A stretch of DNA of 63,854 nucleotides, filler included, from Folioceros fuciformis (lineage: Eukaryota): assembly GCA_049999805.1 (NCBI GenBank). It is 3 parts of 3 records of this genome, joined end to end, with 100 filler letters (N's around TTAATTAATTAA, not from the genome) between each part and the next. Parts side by side here need not be neighbours in the genome. Positions count along the whole stretch, not along the records: positions 1 to 22,640 come from JBNGIO010004142.1; positions 22,741 to 43,861 come from JBNGIO010004144.1; 1 more part is not named here. One strand, 5' to 3'. Below are positions 12,350 through 23,894 of the stretch, piece by piece. The position numbers and the translations under genes are program-made. How positions within the stretch are numbered: the first letter of the stretch is position 1; every line of letters begins with the position of its first letter. The notes beneath the pieces were generated by a model. It did not search any database and was not told the DNA's origin. It saw only the letters and a list, made by a program, of their open reading frames with translations.

Positions 12350-15300
12350 TGTGCAGTATTGGATTTAGGGTCCATAATCCACAATATTTGTCTAATCCAT
12401 AATATCTCCTTAGTTGCAAAGGAGGTTGCAGCGTACTTGGGCTTCTGTGGATAACAGACAAACGATTTGCATCTTCTTACTTGCTTAGGACACTAAGCTG
12501 AAGTTTGTCATCATGCAGTATGCTACAGTTGATTTCCTTGCATCTGGATCACCTACCTAATCAGCATCCGAAAAAGCGATTTAGTAGTACCTCGCTGGTG
12601 TGGTTGCCTTTGTATGTAATGCCTACGAACTTGTTGTCTTTGAGGTAGCGTAGTATCCTCTTGATGCTCTTCTAGTGTGTCATGCCAGGGTTGGACAAGT
12701 ACCTCAAAGCTATGTTGACTGCCTGCGCAATATCTAGTCTTGTTCATATTAACAAGTAAAACAAGCTTCCTTTTGCCTCGCTGTAGGGTATGTGTTTCAT
12801 TTCTTTTACCTATTCAAGAGTTGTGGGGCACTTCATAGCTAATACCTTGTCTTTTGCTGCTATGGGAGTCGGAACTAGCTTTGCATCTTTTAGGTTGAAC
12901 CTTGAGAGAAGCTGGTCGACGTAGTGCTCTTGGTGAATGAAGAAGGAATGGTTTAAAGAGTTCCTCTTGAATTGGACTCCAAGTGCATACTTAAGGATGC
13001 CCGTGTCAGCTACCTCAATTGCTTGGATAACAACTTCTTGACGTGTTGTATGAGCTGCTGGTCGCTTCCAATGATGAAATTGTCATCTACATAGAGAGTA
13101 ATGATGACAAACTTATCCTTGATGATCCTTAGCATGTGTACGATGGAGTTAGCAGTAAAAGGTACGAACCCACATTCTTTCAAGTACAGATCCACAGTCC
13201 TATTTCACACTTGTGCAGACTGTTTAAGTCCGTGCAGAGATTTGAGCAGCTTACAAACGTTGGTCAAGTCCTTTGCAAAACCAGGTGGTTGTAACATTTA
13301 TTTTTCTTCATGGAGTGTCCCATACTGGAAAGATATTTTAACGTCTACGTGCTTGATGTCCATCTTCTGTTGAGCAGCAAGGGCTAGGAGTATCCTTACC
13401 GATGTTGACGTCACAATTGGGCTAAAAAGCTTGTTATCTTCATAGTCAAAGCCTAGGATTTGAGTGAAGCCACAAGCCACCATTCTCACTTTGTATCGTA
13501 AGACGCTTCCATCTGGATTGAGCTTCCTCTTAAATGTTCACTTACAGGAAATTGGTTTCGTTCCTAGTGGCAAACTGACGAGTATCCAAGTTTCACTCGT
13601 CATGAGGGAATCATATTCCAATGGCACTGCTACCTTCCATTCTAGCTTGTTGAGAGCTTCATCAATGAAAGCAAGTATGCCTTGCATCTTGATTGCACAT
13701 AGATCCTTATGCATAACTAGCTGCAAATGATTAAAGTGATGTGATGTATCTACAAGTACCTCATCTGTGCTTGGTAAAGCTTTGCCCACCAGGGTGTCTC
13801 CGCGCATATAGAAAGGTTCTTTCCACTCATTTCTTGGTGGTCGATTTCTTGTTGATCATCGAGGAAGTGGAGTATCTAGAGGAAAAGGCTGCTCTGCTTG
13901 TACAGTGTGGTCAAGTTGTTTAGGGATGTTAGTTTGAGAGGAATATACTTGGATTGGAATTACTTTTGGTTCGGGTGGATCTGGATCTATTAAGGATGTA
14001 GGTTGATGTGGTTGTGCTGCTGGAATGTGAATTGCTGGCGGCTAAGTTGTGTGTTGGAAAAATACCTCCTCTTGATCTTGAAGAAGTGAGGACGGCAGTT
14101 CGTCATATGTGCCCTCGTCAAGGGCAAGAGGGGAATAGTACCCGAAAATACTTAGTGCTTGTAAGGGGTTGGAAGTGATGGAGCTGTGAAGGCAAGTTTG
14201 TAGTAGATGAGATTTATTGAAGTGGACATCGCGAGAAAGTAGTACCTCTCTACTGGAGGGGTCAAAAAGTTTGTAGGCCTTGACTTGGTCGGAATAACCA
14301 ATGAAGAGGAGCTTTCTACCCTTGTCGTCCCATTTTTTGTGTGTATCATTTGCAATGTGAGCAAAGACAAGACTACCGAGTATCTTGAGATGGGAGATGT
14401 TGGGTTTGTGACCTATCCAACATTTGAAAGAAGTGGTATGCGGAATCTCCTTAGTTGGTAGACGATTTCTGAGGTAAATGATAGAAGACACGGCTTCTGC
14501 CTAATAGCCTTGCAAGAGGCCAAACAATTTGAGAAGAAAGCGGGAGATCTCAAGAATGGGTCTATTGAGGCGTTCAGCAAAAGGGTTCTGTGAAAAATGT
14601 ATGGAACGATAAACTAGGGTTGAATGTCATATGACTTGTAGAAGTTTTGAAAGAGATGTCTAACACATTCTCTACCATTGTATGTGTGTAGAGTGGTGAC
14701 CTAGAAGCCAGTTTGGTGTGCGGCAGCTAGCACAAAATCCTGGAAACAAGCTAAGGCTTCTAACTTGTGTGTAAGGAATGAAATGTGACAATACCTGCTN
14801 NNNNNNNNNNNNNNNNNNNNNNNNNNNNNNNNNNNNNNNNNNNNNNNNNNNNNNNNNNNNNNNNNNNNNNNNNNNNNNNNNNNNNNNNNNNNNNNNNNNA
14901 GCGACGCGCTCGAGTGGCAGAATTGTTGGTGACTAGAGACTGATTAAGTTTTGTGTACTGGCAGATTTCATAGAAAAAGTATGGAAGGACTTAAAGTCTG
15001 AAGGGGTCTCTATACATATCGGGGTTGGCTAATTGGTTTAAATAGTGGAAGTTCATATGACTTGCACTATAGTGCCATAAAAGGGACTCTTTGTGAGAGC
15101 TATGAGAGGTGCCTGTCACAAGAAGGGATGAAGAAGACTGGATATTGAGGAGGTACAAGTCATTGCAAGGGAGTTTGCAAGCCAAAGCAGAATTAACTGG
15201 GTCTTTGGAGTGGTGTATGTTGCAGTAGTTACATTGAAAGCTGATGACCAGATCATGTTCAGCGATGAGTTTCCTGGCAGAAAAGAGGTTTTTTGGTTAT

Positions 15301-16020
15301 GGTCGGAACGTGAAGTACTATGTTGGTAGTGAGGGTCTCTCCATTTGATAATCGAAGCAGTACTTCTCTTATACCTAGGGCTGAGAGTATGTTGTCGTCT
15401 CCCAACAATACTTGCTGGTCAATAAGGATGTCATGGTATGTACTAAACATGTTCTTGCAGCTGCAAATATGTGTTGTTGCTCTAATGTCAAGAAACCAGC
15501 ATGTTTTATCTCCCCTAGTTAGGGTAAGATAGACAGTGAGAATAAAATTTGCAAGTGTAGCTTTTGAGGTTGCGAGGTGAGACTTATTCATTGGAGTGTC
15601 GTGCTTGGGCTCTTCATTTTGCTTTTTACTGCATTCATGCTCGAAGTGGTTGAGTATTTTGCATCAATTGTGAGCTCCTTTTTGTTATTTTTGTGGTGTG
15701 AATCGGTTTCCTTAAATGAAATTATTGTGTGGGGCTTCTCAAGGTGATCTGCGTGAGGAGTTATTCCGAAGCTACTACCTCTTCATAAACCATGATCCCT
15801 GGATGCGAAAAGGGCATGGTTGGGCATGTGGAAGTCCTCTGAGTTGTGGTGCAGCTAGCTTCTTCTTGAACAATGCGCCTAAGACTTCAGCAAAGGTATA
15901 TATCGTTGTTGAGCCCGCTTGGGCTGCGCTTTATGCTTGTCGAACAACGGAGCTTTGTGAACTTATGAAAGTTTCATAGGATGCAGGCAAAGACGTTAGT
16001 AATACTACTACTGCTTGGTA
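12350..16020 (-). mobile_element. Decayed Ty1/Copia internal region (gag end, protease, integrase, RT, part of RNase H); spans gap 14800-14899
   Basis: WFLDIRATTHIC (protease), YLRNRLPT..HKPNISHL..LFIGYSDQVKAYKLFDP (integrase), ITLYVDD (RT), KYAATSFATKEILWIR (RNase H); many stops and frameshifts. Same family as element 50705-56611. Confidence 0.88.
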
Positions 16021-18362
16021 CGCCTCTGCCTAAGCTTCCGCCCGTCGACGAGGTGCCACCTCCTGAAGCTAAGTCCCCTCTTGGCCTACGTTGCAGCACT
16101 CGTTACCGCCCACCACCAGAACAATGGGCTGAGCCTCTTTACAAATCTATCGACTTTAGGAGCTCCTTCAGCTCACCCTTTGCAGCACATACCTCAAAAC
16201 CTTTCTTGTTGGAGGAGCCCACCACTCTCACCCAAGCTTTCTCTAGCCCTGAATCCTCCCAATGTCGGCTCGCAGTGGAGGATGAGTACCAAAGCCTTGT
16301 GAAGAACAAGACTTGGGAGCTGGTCGGTCCGCGCCCTGGAAGGAAACCAATCAGCTGCGAATGGACGTTCAAGCTCAAGCTTAACGCCCAAGGTCAGGTT
16401 GCTCGCTTCAAGGCCCGTCTGGTAGCCCTAGGCTTCTCCCATGTTGAAGGACTTGACTATTAAGAAACCTTCTCCCCTGTCGTGCGAGCCCAATCTATAC
16501 GCATCCTCCTTTCTTTGGCTGCAAAACTCGATCTGGAGCTGCACCATATGGATGTGTGCATAGCCTACTTACACTCGACGAGGAGCTCTATATGGACCAG
16601 CCCAAGGGCTACGTCAGCAAACAGTTCCCACACAAGTGATTGAGACTGAAGAAGTGCATCTACAGCCTCAAATAGAGCGGCTGTGTTTGGTACACTACCA
16701 TGCACTCTTATCTTCTTAGTGTCTCTTTTATCCAAAGTTCGGCAGATGGGAACGTTTACATGCTATCTCGGAGACCCCACTTCATGCTCCTCGCCCTCTA
16801 CATGGATGACCTCGTCCTCGCCACAAACAGCCAAGCCATGCTAGAAGAGGTAAAGCAATTGTTGTGCACCCGTTTTGAGATGAAACACATAAGCGAACTC
16901 CAGTTCCACCTTGGAATCCAAATTCTCAGAATCAGAGCTCAAGGTAGCCTGATCATCCACTAGCACAACAAGTACATCAAATAAATACTAGCAACATTCA
17001 AGCTAGACCAAGCTAGGCCTGTTAGCACCCCATATGTTGTTAGCACAAAGATTACAACTGATCAGTGCCTGTAGTTAATAGAGGAGGCCAAGGAGATGCA
17101 ATCAGTTCCCTATCCCACACCGTGGGCAATCTTATCTTTGTCAGCGGATGGACCAGACCTGACATCCAGTTCTCCATTTCCACAGTATCACAATTTTTAG
17201 AGTCACCTAGAAGGGCGCACTAGGTAGGCGTAAAGAGAGCCTTGCGCTACTTTAAGGGAACCCTTACCTATGGCCTGACGTATAGATGCAAAGGCACATG
17301 GAAGTTATCGCTTTCAAGATACACTAACGTAGACTAGGCCTCCGACCCCGACTCACGCAAGAGCCTTAGTGCACACTGCTTCCTTTTGTCTTCTGCAGCC
17401 ATGAACTGGAGTTGCAAGAAGCAAGCCTCCATCGCCCGCTCCTCCATAGAAGTAGAGTATAAATCACTTACCGATGCTGCGAAGGAGGCAGAGTGGGAGA
17501 GAGCCTTTCTGGCTGATATCAACCATAAGCAGGAAAATCCTACACCCATACCTATGACAACATGTTAGCCCTAGCTCTGGTTGCAAATCCCAAGTTCCAC
17601 GCCATGACAAAGCACATCGAGATTCAACATCACTACATACGGGATGTTGTTGAGCGCGGCGTAGTGAAGGCTACCTATGTCTCAACAGAGGACAACATTG
17701 CACACATATTGACCAAGAGCCTACCCAAGCTACGCCACTACCAACACATGCTTAAGCTAGGTTTGATCGATTTCTCACCTCAACTTGCCGTAACCTTAGA
17801 CAAGAGAGAAGACTTGGCCTTCAAAGGGAGCGCACCATGGGAGATAGTCTTCGTCATTGGCCAAGCTATATGCAGCTTAAGAGGGAGTGTTACAAAACAG
17901 ATAATTTTCCCTTAACCTTGCCCGTAATATAGTTACCATTCATAACGAAAGGTCACTATGAACGGGTGTGCCCCCTCATAAATGGGCACCAACTATAAGA
18001 ACACTCTTTGTATACCATTTTTATAATTAATGCAAATATATCTTGCATCATGGCCTAGACGCATGCTACACAATCCTACTACTAGGATTCTCTCATATTT
18101 GTTGTGAGAAGCGTCCCCCACACGATAGCCACTCTTTGTATACCATTTTTATAATTAATGCAAATATATCTTGTATCATGGCCTAGACGCATGCTACACA
18201 ATCCTACTACTAGGATTCTCTCATATTTGTTGTGAATAGCATCCCCCACACGATAGCTTCTTACGGCCATCGAGGCAAGCATATAATAGAATTAGGTTAA
18301 TGCTAATCACAGACATGTCAATCGTGATGTTGTGTAGGCGTGTAAGGCCTCCTAGTTTGACA
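16021..18362 (+). mobile_element. 3' half of a Ty1/Copia element (RT, RNase H, PPT, 3' LTR from 17888)
   Basis: EYQSLVKNKTWELV..FKARLVALGF, LALYMDD, KHIEIQHHYIRD; PPT AAGAGGGAG followed by TGTTAC at 17888. LTR end is estimated. Confidence 0.85.
18002..18258. repeat. 128-bp direct tandem duplication inside the LTR
   Basis: 'cactctttgtataccatttttataattaatgc...cacgatagc' at 18002 and 18130, nearly identical. Confidence 0.9.
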
Positions 18363-18954
18363 CGTTGGCAAGGTAGATATAATTTGGATTGCCGTTGCCA
18401 ACTTCTCCTTATCCTCATATGTCGCTTAGCACATTACGTACGACTTACTACCCAAGCTCTTGCGCGTAGCCGCCGCTAGTTCATCTACATCTATGCATTC
18501 CTTCCTCCAATTTCCCGGAATAGCGCTAGGTGGTATACCATTAGTTCTTGAGAGAGCCATGTCAAAGGCTAGAGCTTCTCCTCTCCTTAGTTTTCCATAA
18601 GGGATAGTCCCGAGGCACTTCACCTACTCTAAAGTGTTGTGCATGCCAATTGCCGATTATGTGTTGATAAATACAATAGTTAGTGTGTTTGCTAATGTCC
18701 AACCGTACTTTCAACATGTAACCATCTCCTTGCTTGGATTACACGAGAACGAGATCAAGACCAGGTGCTAAGTGCATAACAATGCACTGACACTTTTCTA
18801 GCAAAACTCGTCCTCCTCGGTCTGAGGCCACGACCCCTGTTATGGTCAAGACTATTGTCTAAACCTACAAATGTGCGTAAGGATTGTCAATTTCCAATGT
18901 AAGTAGCCCCTTAGAAGAGTTGGAGAAGAGGATACGTATTTCAAGAAGTGTTAA

Positions 18955-19105
18955 TTTTAAGTATGATTAGCTCTCCACAACAATTGGTGGTGAGGGATAT
19001 GTGCTTCAAGGAGTGCCAATTTCAAGTGTGACTAGCTCCCCATTGCAATTGGAGGTGAGGGATATGTGCTTCAAGGATTGCCAATTTTGAGTATGGTTAG
19101 CTCCC
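18955..19105. repeat. Tandem repeat, about 66-bp unit, just over 2 copies
   Basis: 'caattgg.ggtgagggatatgtgcttcaagga.tgccaattt' occurs twice. Confidence 0.7.
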
Positions 19106-19928
19106 AATAGTAACTAGAGCTAAGGGATCTATGCTTTAACATCATGTCCTATGATTTCAAGGAAAAGTTGAAAGATATTATTTGAAGTGGGGCATTCAAT
19201 AGAAGCATATCGTGTACTAGTGTGTTGCACCTTTTCGATAGGGCCAGGTAAGGAGTGGATGGAGCCACGCCCTTTTACAAGCAATGATTGCCAAACGGTT
19301 GCAGTACTAACCTTAGTAGTGAAACTATAGTATCCTTTGCATATGACGAAGTAGATCTTAATCACTCACAGACATCAGATTGAAGCTATTTTCATGTAGA
19401 TAGAACTTGAAGATTTTCACATTACAACTATTGCTCTACATAAGTTTTGTTCCTTTAGTTTCACTGTTGCCCTAACCCAACCAAGCAAGGCTTTGTGCAA
19501 GAGCAGCAAAATATTGTTCCACTACCTTACTCAAGTTATGCAAGCATGTTCAAATGTAGACTTTGTGGCTTGCTAAACCATCACAATAGATTTATGAGCC
19601 TAAGCATCAATTGGTTGCATTTCATAGTAAACCCAAATCACATGATTAGTGTTTTGCAATGTTGAATCACTTTTGCCTAAGGTGGAGGAGTAGGAATTAT
19701 CTTAGGAGTAGGCAAATCGATGGGGTTGTAGGAATCTTAAAAGAAGGAAGGCTAGTAGCTTGGATCTCCATTGTGGGCCCTTCTTGTTTTGCAATTGTAG
19801 TAATGTGAATACAGGTTTTGTGTCTTCTTTGTTTTGATCTTTGTTTGCTCTTTACAATTTACTAGTATGCAACTAGCAAATTACAAATATTTACTATGTG
19901 ATAGTTGATTATGTATCACAAGCCAATG

Positions 19929-20163
19929 ATTTACCCACAAAATAATAGTGAAATGCAAAGAGGAGACATACTTTAAGAAGAGAAGATACTAATAACTTTT
20001 TAGGTATAATTTACCCGCAAAATAACAGTGAAATGCAAAGAGGAGACATACTTTGAGATGAGAAGATACTAATAACTTTTTGGATATAATTTACCAACAA
20101 AATAATAGTGAAATGCAAAGAGGAAACATCTTATGAGAAGAGAAGATACTAATAATTTTTTTT
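19929..20163. repeat. 80-bp tandem repeat, 3 copies
   Basis: 'gtgaaatgcaaagagga' at 19948, 20028 and 20108 (exact period 80). Confidence 0.9.
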
Positions 20164-21217
20164 ATGATACTCAAAAATTGTTTTTCATAGTACCGCTCTT
20201 ATGAAAGGTCCACTTTGTTTAGACGCCGCAATTAGAAGGGCGTCACTTGAAATTGTGGGACTAAACATAAGTCATCAAATACCCTAGGAAAAGGCATTAA
20301 AAATGATGACGATGCATACAGACAAATACCCCACGTAAAGGCATAAATAATGGCGGAGAGAGAGTGTGCTTCGGCATGCCATATACCAGTTGTTAAAAAC
20401 ATAGCCATCGTCTTGTACGCCATGTAACTTGGGCACCCTGAGAGGAGCCTCTCTTTCCTCGAACTTGGGTGCTATAAGAACACAACTTACACACGCCACG
20501 CCTGCACCAGGCTGTCGAGGTAGAAAGATGTCACGGCATCCACGTCTTCTTGCATAGCATCGCAGAAATTCGAGGCTTTTGTCCCTTTTCCAGCTATCTC
20601 GGAGGTCCACGTCACCGCCCGATGTCGGCTGTAGGCACTACTGGTATCATCCAGTCTGCCAGACTTCCGCATCCTGTTGTGCCTCATGCACACATGTTCC
20701 ACACATGCATGGGGAAAGGCATGAGCTTGATTGAGCTCTTGTTCCTTCACTTGTGCGTGAAGCCTCTTCCCTCCTCGCCAAGTTCCAACCGAAAGAACCG
20801 TGGAATTTACTCAGCAGCACTCGTTCCAGTTCCCCGCTTATGCATTGCTCATTGCATTGAAGGGATTGAGCCCGGGAGGCACGATATGTATAAGAGTTGT
20901 GTCCCATTTAGATGGGTACAAATTGGATGGCTTCGACTGCATGGGCATACATAATACGATTTGTTGGGCGATTTTGTACTTCCACTCAATTGTGATACCA
21001 GACAGTTGAGCCGGGCCCGGTAACAAAGACGACAGCTTGTGACGCTCGCCTCCTCGCCGGTGTGACGGTTCGGTTGTCCAGCATGGTAACTTCAATTTGA
21101 AGTTCAAATATACGGAAGACTAGAGGACATCCTCTTGGTGACCAAGAATTCACGTCACATCCGTGCTCTTACACAATTTTGTAGGACCTATCCAAGTCTA
21201 TGCTGCCGTCTCAGGTA

Positions 21218-22309
21218 ATGGCAGAAAGAGGCGCCGATTTCGTGGTCATCAACCCAGGTCAGGATCTATCGTTCCTGTGGCTAGTCGTGTATCAGCTCGT
21301 GAGCTTTCTGTTTTTGACAGTAGATGGACCACAGGTTCTGCCAATATCAGAATTGGCCTGGGATCTGCACAGGCTCCCGTGTCTGTGCCTCACTGCGTTG
21401 CGCACATCGCCAGAACCTCTTCTCCACCCTCTTCTCAGTTTCCTGTGGGATCTATTCCCGACCGCCTGGTTTGTATACTTCCACACTTTGTCGTCCTGCA
21501 CTGTTATGTTTCTAGCTGCTTTTCATTTATGCCCTCTCCAGTTTCAAAGCACAGCTCTTTCTGAATCAAGATGGGCCGAGCGGGAAGCTGCTTGTACGAG
21601 GGTAGGTTCCTTCTCTACTCTGACGTAGGACCGTGGATACGGGTGCTGCACCCATTAGGGCAACATTGTCACTTTATGCTCTCGTTGAGCGTGGAGAGTT
21701 CGTTTGTTGACTTTCTCATCAGCTCAGATGTTGATCAGGTGGAAGAGGACCTTGATCTACAACTGACTGCGTCTGAGGAATATGCACCACGAGTCTTGGA
21801 GGTAACGTCATGACAGAATAGTACGTTAAAAGTGCACTGCATTAATTAAAAGGACTACACCCAGATGTTTTCCGATGCATGGAAGATAACTTTTGGACCT
21901 GAATTCCTCGAGAGGGTTTCGCGGGCCCTGTTGATTTCTGCAGTCTGGAATTTGGCAGGTCAACGGCAATGACAAAGGAGGCTCTGGAAGGATTGTAGAG
22001 CAGAGTACATTCGCATTTTCCTGGACAGATGTGAGGATGCCTGACAGGGACACAAATCTGCATGATGTAGATACGGACACAAGGATGAGAAATAATGACG
22101 AATATAAGGCTAGATGTGCTGAGGCAAGCCGCAGTATTGCAGCTGAGCCTAATCTTGACAGTGGCTCAGAACGGTCTGCTCATTGCAGAAGGCATATCTA
22201 TGGGGAAGAGGCTCTCAGAATTCCCACAGGTGAACCTTACATTCTTCGCAGGCCAATGTGCAGGGGACGACTGAACATCAGCCAGCTCTACTCTATTCAA
22301 CAGGCATAA
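21218..22309 (+). CDS. Putative 5-exon orphan gene, about 180 aa, unknown function
   Basis: Phase-consistent GT-AG exons 21218-21257, 21321-21334, 21542-21601, 21739-21801, 21944-22309 give MAERGADFVVINPVDGPQFQSTALSESRWAEREAACTRVEEDLDLQLTASEEYAPRVLESGIWQ...QQA*. No recognisable domain. Confidence 0.45.
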
Positions 22310-22640
22310 CCTGCATAACCCCTTGACTTCTCAAATCTACTCACTGCAAATCAAATGGTCAGAGGTTAAATACCCCTCGACTGAAGGCTTGCTGTGTGGA
22401 TCTGGTAGGTCTGTGATGATCTCTTTCTAATCTGGGACTGGGTTCTAACTTTCAAGCTCCGTCTCACTGCGAAGGAGCGCCAGAAGCTGGCTGTGGTACT
22501 AGTGATTCCTGAAACGCTTGACAACCGAGGTTACTCTCATTAGTACAAGCCATTCTCATATTCAGTCTCCGCTCCACAAAGAGTGTGCCTCTCCTTTCAG
22601 CTTTGTAGTTTGGTGGAGCTCTGGAGTTTGTAAATGTCTG

Positions 22641-22740
22641 NNNNNNNNNNNNNNNNNNNNNNNNNNNNNNNNNNNNNNNNNNNNTTAATTAATTAANNNN
22701 NNNNNNNNNNNNNNNNNNNNNNNNNNNNNNNNNNNNNNNN
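22641..22740. other. Assembly gap containing artificial TTAATTAATTAA linker (22685-22696)
   Basis: 44 N + TTAATTAATTAA + 44 N. Confidence 0.95.
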
Positions 22741-22838
22741 GACCATGGGTATTATAAAGCCAAACTTCAAACAAAATTTGTTGGCTAGCACTAGGACCAT
22801 GGGTATTATAAAGCCAAACTTCAAACAAAATTTGTTGA
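22741..22838. repeat. Direct repeat, period 54, at contig edge
   Basis: 'gaccatgggtattataaagccaaacttcaaacaaaatttgttg' at 22741 and 22795. Confidence 0.8.
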
Positions 22839-23894
22839 AAACTGGCTACCAAACTAATAGGAGCCATGGGCCTCACATGGATTGGGTGCCTTTGGAGGTG
22901 CTGCCAGTAAGGCCGTTGGCTAAGAAGGTGGCTAGGCATACGTCATGTTGTTGCTGTATGAAGAACAGAGCACCTAAGACTCTATAACTAGAGCATCATG
23001 GCCATAAGCCCTGATGCTGAAGTGCTTGATGATGCCATGTACATGGCCCATGGATGGCCTGCACATGACATGTATGCCTGGGCGTGTGCCATGTATGCAT
23101 TTGTGCATGTGAAGATGAAGGATGACATGTGGATGCATATGACATGTCTAGAGAGAGGATGTATGTATCATGGTGGATGTGAACCATGTGTGTTAGATGC
23201 ATGTGAGGAGTAGCGCCTTGGCACATATGAACCATATTCCAAAACAAATATAAAAATGATAAAATAAAAAAGGACGAAGTAGGCTGTTTAGTTGGTTATT
23301 ATTTGGTAATAGACCAAAGGCCAAGGAGAAGTAGGATTATAAAGTGCCTACCATCGGTGCGAGGAGGCACTTCATTGAGAGTTCTTGGGGATTTTGCCTC
23401 TATATGTGGGCTACCTAGCCATGGATTCTCAAATTGTTGATGTTTGTCTTATTCTAATAGACAGACATACTTTGTCCCTGCTGTGTCTTTGTCTCTTGGA
23501 GGTTCTTGTAGTTTGTTGCATTGCCAAGTTGGGAGAATTTTCCATCTTGATTTTACCACATCAACAATCCGCCTTGTTGGGAACAAGGATAGGGTACTGG
23601 AGGAGATTGTGGCGCGCTGGAGATTGGAGGAAGAGGTGGAAGTCGTCCACCATCCAACCCAGGAGACAGCTGCGATCCGAGAAGGTTGGGTGTTGTAGAA
23701 GGCAGCGCCAAGAGATAGGCTGATTTTTTCTAATGGACAGGAATTTTGCCATTGATTACACGCAGCTTGGGTGTGGTAGTCATACGATTCCTGAGTTAGC
23801 AGAGTTGTCTGGAGAAGAGCCTGCATACATCTGGAGCTGTTTGTGGATTGAGGCGCAGTGAATGTGCTGATGAAACTCCTTCCGTCCCGAAGAT

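Noticed and set aside
19929-20163. Regularly spaced repeats here and at 56.6-57.4 kb as a CRISPR-like array
   Set aside because: Whole units repeat with no unique spacers, there are no cas genes, and the context is eukaryotic.
20715-20880. Possible miR159/319- or miR408-like hairpin (ttgcattgaagggattgagc; gcctcttccct)
   Set aside because: Too many mismatches to the known mature sequences and only partial arm pairing by eye; needs folding and small-RNA data.
22996-23247. His/Met-rich ORFs as metal-binding peptides
   Set aside because: Caused by CATG/CA-TG-rich decayed repeat sequence; no gene structure.
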